A stretch of DNA of 32,000 bases from Copranaerobaculum intestinale (GCF_009831105.1 NZ_WUUQ01000001.1:810001-842000), one strand, 5' to 3'; counted from the stretch's first letter, positions 17,818 through 24,720 are shown. Numbers and translations are program-made. Notes: generated by a model not told the origin, from the sequence alone.

Positions 17818-18501
17818 TCAAATTGGGGTCAAAGAATTAGAGGTGTTTTTAATGTAATTATCCAGTAATAAAGGGGCTTTCATATTATCTGTATCGGGGT
17901 GAGTATATGTATCCATTGTGATCACAACACTTGCATGACCCATTAGGTATTGCCGCTCTTTTAACGGGACACCAGCTTTGTCGAGCAATGTGGCATAATT
18001 ATGCCGGAAGATATGGGGAGTCAGGGAGTCAATGAATTCATCGTATTCTAGTTCAACGGCTTTTTTATTCATTTTCTTGATAATTGATTCCCACATTTTT
18101 TTGAATGATTGCTGAGTAATCCATTCACCTGATTTTATTGATGTGAATAGGTATTGTTTTTTTAATGTAGTTAAGTAATATGAAAGAAAAGGGAAACATT
18201 GGTCTATAAGGGGTATATCTCTTTCACCCGAATCTGATTTGGTTTCTTTCATAGAGGGTTGATTATTGATAAATTCAACAGTCTTTTTGAAGTAAGCCAA
18301 AGCTTTGCATAATCATGGAATATAATTAATTAATATATTATTTCGTTTGAGATAGTCAGATTTCATAAGAGTCTTATTATTTCCAGCTCTTCAATCGTTG
18401 TGCCATATATCTTTACTACGATTGGATTTCCAGTGTTGTAGCCTCTGCCTACAGTAACGTTTGTTGCGTATCTACGGCCTTTTTTTGTATCGATTTGCCA
18501 T
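17818..18501 (-). pseudogene. Tyrosine recombinase (phage integrase), disrupted
   Basis: The catalytic C-terminal domain is intact (SGERDIPL, HIFRHNYAT, GHASVVITMDTYTH). The N-terminal arm-binding part (MANRYKK/GRRYATNVTVGRGYNTGNPIVVKIYGTTIEELE) is out of frame at an A7 run and followed by stops. The core-binding domain is largely missing. Confidence 0.75.
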
Positions 18502-18573
18502 TTGCATACCTTCGTATAATTTGTTAGAATAGGTAAAGAAAAGGATAGTCTGTCAGGACATTTTTTCTATACA

Positions 18574-18608
18574 AGACACCCGGTGCTTAAAACACCGGGT
18601 GTCTTTTT
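18574..18608. terminator. Strong hairpin just past the lipoprotein gene stop
   Basis: 12-bp stem AGACACCCGGTG / CACCGGGTGTCT. The T-run is on the plus-strand side only. Confidence 0.5.
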
Positions 18609-18612
18609 ATTC

Positions 18613-19383
18613 TTAAACAAAGTTGTTTAAATAAATTTTATTAGCTGTTAAATATTTTAAGAAATTGGCAAATATATTTATAACTTTTATCTCAGCATCA
18701 ATATTATCTTCATCAGATACCCATGAATGTGTATCAGTATTATACGTATAATATGCTTCACCGGTTTTGTATGTAATAGTTTTGTCTTTCCAATTGATAA
18801 GATATAGCTTTCCTTCAATTGTGGTAGCAAATGTATTATTTTCTAAATTAAAAACAGATACCCCAACATTTTGATAATCACCAAAAGTTTCAATTGATTT
18901 TATAATGTATGATTCATCATCTGACTCAAGCTTATATCCCAAATTAATTAAACGTTTTTCCACATCGGAACTATCATCACTTTTTGTATTGCTCGTGGTG
19001 TGCTTCTTGTCATAATAGTCCAGAACATTAATTATTTGGGATTTTTTCAGTCCCATTTCATTCAGCCAATCTAAATAAGCATCATATTGTAATTTTTCAT
19101 CTTTTGAATCATTTTCTTCCTTATCGATGATATTGGCATGCTTCTCGTTAACATCTTCTTTGCTAAACGTGTAATTCGTTCCTACATATGTGTTATCATA
19201 CTTCTGAACCCAAATATAAGATTCATCATCTTTATTTATGTTTGTAAAATAAACATAATGCGTTTCTTCTTCATCTGAAATATTAAATTTGTAACCCTTT
19301 TTCTCTAATAATTCAACTACCTCTGAATTTGATAATTTTGTATTATCATCTTTATTGCTACAAGCCGCCATCCCCAATACCAA
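18613..19383 (-). CDS. Prophage lipoprotein (lipobox LGMAAC) with two similar internal lobes; the signal peptide appears frameshifted
   Basis: ORF-track protein MVLGMAACSNKDD.... A GGAGGA ribosome-binding site plus TTG at 19417 opens MKKVFTALICAI in the +1 frame. Internal repeats: EVVELLEKKGYKFNISDEE and DVEKRLINLGYKLESDDES. Confidence 0.6.
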   Translation of the reverse strand: MVLGMAACSNKDDNTKLSNSEVVELLEKKGYKFNISDEEETHYVYFTNINKDDESYIWVQKYDNTYVGTNYTFSKEDVNEKHANIIDKEENDSKDEKLQYDAYLDWLNEMGLKKSQIINVLDYYDKKHTTSNTKSDDSSDVEKRLINLGYKLESDDESYIIKSIETFGDYQNVGVSVFNLENNTFATTIEGKLYLINWKDKTITYKTGEAYYTYNTDTHSWVSDEDNIDAEIKVINIFANFLKYLTANKIYLNNFV

Positions 19384-19718
19384 TTGCGCATATAAGCGCT
19401 GTAAAAACCTTTTTCAACTTTTTATCCTCCCATAATTTATATGTATAACATGCTCATCCATGTTGATACCCGATTGATTTTTTTCTGATTTCTCTATGCT
19501 GGTATATTTTATTTCATATTCCGTTTTGGAAAAATCTGTTCATGCTTGATTGAATTTTTTGCATGAGGCATTACGTATATAAATTAATTTGCTTATTTAA
19601 TGAACCTTACGATTATTATAATAACTGTCACCTAAAAAAACAACTCACATTACCAGCATATGTATCATTCCCAAAGCAGTTATTTATGCTAGAAAATTGC
19701 TAATAAAAAATGATTTGA

Positions 19719-20162
19719 TCAGTTTAAGCTTATGTGGTTTTGCGATTCATATTCCCAAAAATCATTTGCGATTTTTTCTGGTACACCTTTGTTAATCAAC
19801 AATGATGGTATGCAAAGATCATGGATATCTTCATCCGCCAACAGACAATAACAACCAAAATAGTTTGCTTCAGCTTCTGTACGGTTTCGATATCGCTCTG
19901 CAAGAAAATGATATTCTGTTCCAGGATTGTAATGGATCAGGTAATGACCGATTTCATGATAGAGTACAAACTTCTGATAATTTTCCTCCAAATCCGGTTT
20001 TACAAAAATAATTGCCTTCCTATTATAAATTCGCAGTAATGCATCCATGTTAAGCCCCATCTTCTCGTTCATATAGACCTTTTGAATACTCAGCTGTTGT
20101 AGCATATCCTCAACCGCAACGGTAGGAAATTGTGCCAATAAATCCTGATATTTCTTGAACAT
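19719..20162 (-). CDS. ImmA/IrrE-family zinc metallopeptidase
   Basis: HEIGH motif; 147 aa; lies immediately downstream of, and co-oriented with, an XRE repressor gene. GGAGGG ribosome-binding site. Confidence 0.85.
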   Translation of the reverse strand: MFKKYQDLLAQFPTVAVEDMLQQLSIQKVYMNEKMGLNMDALLRIYNRKAIIFVKPDLEENYQKFVLYHEIGHYLIHYNPGTEYHFLAERYRNRTEAEANYFGCYCLLADEDIHDLCIPSLLINKGVPEKIANDFWEYESQNHISLN

Positions 20163-20173
20163 TGTTAGCCCTC

Positions 20174-20656
20174 CTATTTCAAGTACTTCGAGGCTTTTTG
20201 CTCCATTTCATAAATATCGTTTGCCAAGTCGATCAATTCTTCCTGATTCATGGATTCTATATTCATTCCACCCATTGCATACATCTGCCCGCTGATCATA
20301 AATGCATATGCATCATCAAAGCTTTGAAAATGACGGTTTTCAACCCTAGCATGAACTCGCTGATATTCTAAATTCAATGTAGTTTCTACAGCTTTCTTTC
20401 CATATGCATCAAGTGAGCGGTAATGTGTGATCAGCTGCTTTTCATGCAAGGTATACGTTTCATCTTTAAAGTCAAAAAAGTAATTGGGTGATACATCAAG
20501 AACCTTGCATATACGCGTAAGTGTCTCTAAGTCCGGTTTACTGATATTTCGTTCCCAGTTATTGACCGTTGTATTGCTGACAGAAATCTGACTTGCTAAT
20601 TCATTCTGACGATATCCTTTTAATAGTCGCGCCTCTTTCATCTTTTCACCAAACAT
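20174..20656 (-). CDS. XRE-family (cI-like) repressor
   Basis: HTH segment KEARLLKGYRQNELASQISVSNTTVNNWERN. I prefer the ATG at 20656 (GAGGTGA upstream) over the track start at 20683. Confidence 0.85.
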   Translation of the reverse strand: MFGEKMKEARLLKGYRQNELASQISVSNTTVNNWERNISKPDLETLTRICKVLDVSPNYFFDFKDETYTLHEKQLITHYRSLDAYGKKAVETTLNLEYQRVHARVENRHFQSFDDAYAFMISGQMYAMGGMNIESMNQEELIDLANDIYEMEQKASKYLK

Positions 20657-20711
20657 ACTATCACCTCTTCTTACATCAATCATAGCACATTTGTAAATTT
20701 AATGATATTTA

Positions 20712-20805
20712 AAATTCAATTAAATTGGATTTTTAAATATTGATATCCATTGACATTTGCAATTTGCAGGAATATTATGGTATTAAATCCAATATAATTG
20801 AATTT
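20712..20805. promoter_or_regulatory. Genetic-switch region: consensus rightward promoter bracketed by a 21-bp inverted repeat (putative operators)
   Basis: AAATTCAATTAAATTGGATTT (20712-20732) and its inverted copy AAATCCAATATAATTGAATTT (20785-20805) differ at one position. Between them: TTGACA (20750-20755), 17-nt spacer, TATTAT (20773-20778). Confidence 0.65.
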
Positions 20806-20849
20806 AATTTATAAATGTTCAATTAAACGGTGGTGGGAGGAGAAATGAA

Positions 20850-21260
20850 ATGATTACACAAAAAGACAAGGCAGAACAATTTAAAAGGGATCTGCGTTCC
20901 AGACAATTTTATGAAGGAATGGTACGGGAATATGATTTGAAGCTGGAAGAAATTAGTATCCATCTTCAAGGTGTCAATTCGCCGCGTACCGATGTTGTAA
21001 GAAAGACAAGTCATCATCGGCAAAACAATTTTGTTTATTGGCTTATGGAGGAAGAAATCTGTATCAAAGAGCGAAAGAACTATTGTGATCGGATTGCTCG
21101 GATGGATGAAACATTGGCAAAACTGGAAGATGAAGAGCGGGATTTGATCGTCGATCTTTATGTAAAAAATAAACGTCATGAAAACGTTGCAGATGAACAT
21201 CATATGAACCGACAAAATATGTATAAAAAAATTGACAAAATGCTTTTTCGAATTTTATGA
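20850..21260 (+). CDS. Sigma-70 region-4-like / ArpU-RinA-type phage late-gene regulator
   Basis: 136 aa. The C-terminal ERDLIVDLYVKNKRHENVADEHHMNRQNMYKKIDKML looks like a region-4 HTH. The gene sits where late activators sit in Bacillota siphoviruses. Confidence 0.55.
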   Translation: MITQKDKAEQFKRDLRSRQFYEGMVREYDLKLEEISIHLQGVNSPRTDVVRKTSHHRQNNFVYWLMEEEICIKERKNYCDRIARMDETLAKLEDEERDLIVDLYVKNKRHENVADEHHMNRQNMYKKIDKMLFRIL

Positions 21261-21263
21261 AGG

Positions 21264-21401
21264 TTGCGACAATGTACCAAAGCAGAAATGATATGATACA
21301 TATGCGGAAGAAAAACAAGCTTTTCTTCCTCTGCCTTTTGTTTGAACGGCATAAAAAAACAAAGCGTGTGAAGGCTGTGCTTCCGAAATAATTCACAGGA
21401 T
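21264..21401 (+). repeat. Late promoter/leader element, copy 1
   Basis: Blocks TTGCGACAATGTACC, GCCTTTTGTTTGAAcGGCATAAAAAAACAAAGC, TGAAGGCTGTGCTTC and CACAGGAT are shared with 26452-26581. Block 4 ends 20 nt before the ATG in both copies. Confidence 0.7.
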
Positions 21402-21421
21402 GTTCAAAATTGGGAGGGCTT

Positions 21422-21889
21422 ATGAATACTTTACAGTCAATGAAATTTAGCGGATATGGTATGGATTATCCCACCGCGGAGGTAAAGAAGTACAGTGATA
21501 AGGAATTAAACGATCGAATTGCAAAAGCAAAAAGAAAAGCAATAGAAAAATTTATTCGAAAACTTGGCTATACAGATGAAGCAGCACTACAGGATTCGCT
21601 TCACTATGAAGGGAAAGCGGATTTATTGCTTCGTGAAGAAGCATGGAAGCAGGAAAAACAGAAGCTTCATGTGGAATTGAGTCGATGCCGACGAATGCTC
21701 ATGTTGTATGAACAAAATATTGATCCCATGTTCTTTGAATTTATTCTCTATCAGCTTCAAGATGAAAGCGATACTGAAATATTCCAATCCAAACTTCAGA
21801 AGTTTATGGAAGATCATCCCCAATATTCCAAAGCGTATTCTAAAACGGATGAATTACATCCCTTCGTACTGCTGTATAAGAATACATAG
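21422..21889 (+). CDS. Phage protein of unknown function
   Basis: I prefer the ATG at 21422 (GGGAGGG upstream). The protein is charged and helical. No family recognised. Confidence 0.6.
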   Translation: MNTLQSMKFSGYGMDYPTAEVKKYSDKELNDRIAKAKRKAIEKFIRKLGYTDEAALQDSLHYEGKADLLLREEAWKQEKQKLHVELSRCRRMLMLYEQNIDPMFFEFILYQLQDESDTEIFQSKLQKFMEDHPQYSKAYSKTDELHPFVLLYKNT

Positions 21890-21944
21890 GTTCTTTCATT
21901 TTGAACTTTTAGTATAGCTTTTCTATTACATCAGGAGGATCATC

Positions 21945-22400
21945 ATGTTGGAAAACAAGCAGTTAGAATCTTTGACAATGTATGATCAGAAACGTATTGT
22001 TGATAGTCTTCTGCCATTTTTGGACACCATTCCTGATCTGCCTTCACCGATTAAATTTGGAGTCTTACATAAACAAAGTGTTTCCATGTGCGTCCAGTTT
22101 TTAAAAAGTGAAGTACAGAAAAGACAGGATATTACCGGGGGATATACAGGAAGTCTGTATTTCTCAATCTGGTATCGATTCCAAGAAGCGGATGCAGCGA
22201 CAGAATTATATGGTTCTAATGTCATGTATCAGATTAATGAATTTTTTGATTCTGCCTGCGAAAATAATGCATTGCCAGTATTAGGCGATGATATGCAGTA
22301 CTTGAAAATAGGAATGATTGAGCTTCCGACGGTAGAACGAAAAATAGACAATATGTTGGATTGCATGGCTATTTTTGAGTGTAGAATTGAACATCAATAA
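21945..22400 (+). CDS. Putative tail-completion / tail-terminator-type protein
   Basis: 151 aa with a strong AGGAGG ribosome-binding site, immediately upstream of the major tail protein gene. The call rests on position and size only. Confidence 0.45.
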   Translation: MLENKQLESLTMYDQKRIVDSLLPFLDTIPDLPSPIKFGVLHKQSVSMCVQFLKSEVQKRQDITGGYTGSLYFSIWYRFQEADAATELYGSNVMYQINEFFDSACENNALPVLGDDMQYLKIGMIELPTVERKIDNMLDCMAIFECRIEHQ

Positions 22401-22418
22401 AAAAAGGAGAAAACAAAT

Positions 22419-22922
22419 ATGACTTCAGTAAATGCAGCAGGTATCGCTACGCGCGATGAAATGTTATCGTATATGAATACAGGATCTGGCGATCAGGCAG
22501 TATGGAGCCTGATCGGACAGGGTTTTACAGAATTGACAGAAGCTTTAAATGCAAAGACTAAGGATAGTCAGTATATTCACCAGAAATCGGGAACATCTTC
22601 CGTGATTGGATATGCCCCTACTTTTACATTTGTGGCAGAGCTTGATAAAGCGGATCCAGTGGCATCCTTTATTGCCAATATTGGACGTGAGCGTAAAATC
22701 GGTGCGGAATGTGAGACCGATATTGTGAATGTTTATTCCTGGCTGCCGGGTACAACTGAGGGCTCTGTGGTTGCTTATCAGCAGCATGTAGCCGTGAAAG
22801 TGGATAATAGTGGCTCCGGTGTCGGCGGTGAAGCAATGGGTCTTGCCGGCGCTCTGTTATACAAGGGTGATGCAGTAAAAGGGGAATGGAATCCAACTAC
22901 AAAGACTTTTACAGCAAAATAA
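22419..22922 (+). CDS. Major tail protein (TP901-1-like tail tube)
   Basis: 167 aa. N-terminal ...SYMNTGSGDQAVWSLIGQGFTELTEALNAKT... and its position ahead of the chaperone/TMP genes fit this family. Confidence 0.78.
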   Translation: MTSVNAAGIATRDEMLSYMNTGSGDQAVWSLIGQGFTELTEALNAKTKDSQYIHQKSGTSSVIGYAPTFTFVAELDKADPVASFIANIGRERKIGAECETDIVNVYSWLPGTTEGSVVAYQQHVAVKVDNSGSGVGGEAMGLAGALLYKGDAVKGEWNPTTKTFTAK

Positions 22923-22927
22923 GATCA

Positions 22928-22955
22928 AAGCGGATATTCATTATCCGCTTTTTTA
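22928..22955 (+). terminator. Intrinsic terminator directly after the major tail protein gene
   Basis: AAGCGGATA-loop-TATCCGCTT followed by T5. Confidence 0.7.
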
Positions 22956-22964
22956 ATAAGAATA

Positions 22965-23150
22965 GCAATTACCATCTTTTATTGACTGTGTTCAGCATAT
23001 TAAAAAAATCTCGATTCATTACTGCTGAAGCGATGAATCGTGAATATCCCGTTGGTTTAGCTTTTAAACGAGGTTGAAATTAATCGAAAGGAAATTGATA
23101 TACAATCTGATACTATGTACTATTTGAATACTTCTAATCTAGAATGTTAG
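22965..23150 (+). pseudogene. Relic of a duplicated tail-chaperone 3' end fused to an internally deleted gp15-like gene
   Basis: 22999-23110 aligns base-for-base (roughly 80% by eye) with 26940-27054, the chaperone/gp15 junction. 23123-23156 aligns with the gp15 3' end at 27575-27600. Confidence 0.6.
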
Positions 23151-23186
23151 TATATGTCGTCTAAAAGAAATTATATAATAAAAACA

Positions 23187-23286
23187 GATATCAAAAGAAG
23201 TCTAAAGCTATTGGAAAAGCAAATAGAAGATGATATGCTGAAAACATGAAAGAAGAGAGGAATTATTATGAAAAGAAATTTTTTAG
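23187..23286 (+). repeat. Conserved leader/mini-ORF block, copy 1 (upstream of paralog A)
   Basis: 3 mismatches over 98 nt against 24030-24127. 77 nt (23208-23284) are identical to 27648-27724. Confidence 0.85.
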
Positions 23287-23516
23287 GTTGTTTTAAAATG
23301 GATCCATGCGATATTCGTGATCATATGTTTAATGAAATTATAATGGGAATACAAAAGAATGGAGGAGAAATTTTAAGTACTCAAATGGTAAGTACTCGTC
23401 AATCTTTAACTACTTTTTTCTTAGTGCTTTACGAGGATAATAACTTATTTTCTGAAATAAATACTTTATTAGAAAATTATAAAGAAATTACAAAAAAAAC
23501 CACATGGCATCAATAA
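23268..23516 (+). CDS. Small protein, unrecognised family, paralog A (82 aa)
   Basis: AGAGGAA ribosome-binding site. Shares MKRNFL, GIQxNGGEIL and FFLVLYEDNN with paralogs C and E. Confidence 0.65.
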   Translation: MKRNFLGCFKMDPCDIRDHMFNEIIMGIQKNGGEILSTQMVSTRQSLTTFFLVLYEDNNLFSEINTLLENYKEITKKTTWHQ

Positions 23517-23590
23517 TAGTATTTAAGGAAAAAAAGACATTTATTTGACATGAAATAATCCTAATATGAAAGTTAATATGGAGGGAAAAG

Positions 23591-23824
23591 ATGAAAAGAG
23601 TATTTGTAAGTGAATTGAGTATTTTCAAAACTTTAAAAAGAAAAAAAACTAATAAGTATTATAATGAAATAATTTGTGGAATACAGGAGAGAGGTGGTGA
23701 AATCTTTTCAATAAATTTAAGCAATGCAACTTATGGTAATGAAAACGAACTTTTTATTGTTGTATATGAAGATAACAATAATAATGATGAAATCGAGAAA
23801 TTTTTAGATACGTTTACATCATAG
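23591..23824 (+). CDS. Small protein, same family, divergent paralog B (77 aa)
   Basis: GGAGGG ribosome-binding site. Family blocks GIQERGGEIFS and LFIVVYEDNN are present. Lacks the conserved leader. Confidence 0.6.
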   Translation: MKRVFVSELSIFKTLKRKKTNKYYNEIICGIQERGGEIFSINLSNATYGNENELFIVVYEDNNNNDEIEKFLDTFTS

Positions 23825-23833
23825 TGATTTTTT

Positions 23834-23859
23834 GACCACACGTAAGTGTGGTTTTTTTT
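23834..23859 (+). terminator. Intrinsic terminator after paralog B
   Basis: ACCACAC-GTAA-GTGTGGT followed by T8. Confidence 0.75.
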
Positions 23860-24029
23860 ATGAAAGAAAGGGGAGAGTTACGAATAAAAAGATAATCTTG
23901 AATTGAGTAAGAATATATCTAATGTGGATTTGATAGTCGAAAATGCCATAACATGTTGAATTATCTATTAATAATCGTGGTGAATCGTAAACCAACACAA
24001 TAGAGTATATTACTATAATGAATGATATT

Positions 24030-24129
24030 GATATCAAAAGAAGTTTAAAGCTATTGGAAAAGCAAATAGAAGATGATATGCTGAAAACAGGAAAGAAAAG
24101 AGGAATTATTATGAAAAGAAATTTTTTGA
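24030..24129 (+). repeat. Conserved leader/mini-ORF block, copy 2 (upstream of paralog C)
   Basis: See copy 1. Here the in-frame TGA is replaced by GGA, so the mini-ORF and paralog C are fused (track ORF 24018-24266). Confidence 0.85.
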
Positions 24130-24361
24130 GTACTTTTGGAATATCTTATTTTAAAATTGAAACTTTTATGTTCAATGAGATTTTGGTTGGTATACAAGAG
24201 AATGGAGGGGAAGTGTTAAGTACACAAGTTTATTCTCCTAATTCTGGAGCTATTACTTTTTTTTAGTATTGTATGAAGATAATGGATTTTATTCTGAGAT
24301 AAGTGCTTTTTTAAAAGACTATGAAAAGATTAAAAAAAATATGAATTGGCATAACAACTAA
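24111..24361 (+). pseudogene. Paralog C, interrupted by a frameshift in a T8 tract
   Basis: Reads MKRNFLSTFGISYFKIETFMFNEILVGIQENGGEVLSTQVYSPNSGAITFF*. The -1 frame continues LVLYEDNGFYSEISAFLKDYEKIKKNMNWHNN*. Confidence 0.6.
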
Positions 24362-24467
24362 TTTATGTTTTTTGAAAGAAATGAGGGAAATATTTGCTTG
24401 AAAATGAGGGAAAAGCAATGTGAATATGCTAGGTTAAGGTTAGATAAAAAGAGTGTGTATAAGTTAA

Positions 24468-24720
24468 ATGAATTTTCTGGCAATGTGAAAAAATTGGATG
24501 AATGATGTATAGAATAACATTATGAATCATTTACAAAAATTAGACGGTGAAATTATTACTGCTTCATTTCCAGCAGATTTATGGTGCTTTTATTTTTGTT
24601 TTATACGTAGATAATAATATGTATCAAGAAATCTCTGAGAGTCTTACGAATTATGAATCATGCAATATTGACTGTGTCTATGAAATAAAATATTATTTTT
24701 TAGAAGATTTAATTTATTGA
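24468..24720 (+). pseudogene. Paralog D, degenerate (several stops and frameshifts)
   Basis: Reads MNFLAM*. Later fragments are ...LQKLDGEIITASF... and YGAFIFVLYVDNNMYQEISESLTNYES..., which retain the family blocks. Confidence 0.45.

Noticed and set aside
22886-23077. Track ORF 22886-23077(+), 63 aa.
   Set aside because: It starts inside the major tail protein gene, crosses that gene's terminator and reads through the chaperone/gp15 relic. It is a by-product of pseudogene sequence.
23247-23249. TGA reassignment (code 4 or 25) in the element, prompted by the TGA-to-GGA substitution between leader copies.
   Set aside because: Host genes (ald, rimO) and island genes (the 20850-21260 regulator) end with TGA at positions that give normal protein lengths. 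A standard code is therefore much more likely. Read-through at this one site remains a testable possibility.
24018-24266. Track ORF of 82 aa taken at face value as one intact gene.
   Set aside because: It is the mini-ORF fused to paralog C (TGA replaced by GGA) and it ends prematurely at the T8 frameshift. It is annotated instead as leader plus pseudogene C.
24375-24415. Direct repeat GAAATGAGGGAAA / GAAAATGAGGGAAAA as a possible CRISPR or iteron.
   Set aside because: There are only two short imperfect copies with no regular spacers. It lies in degenerate sequence between pseudogenes C and D.
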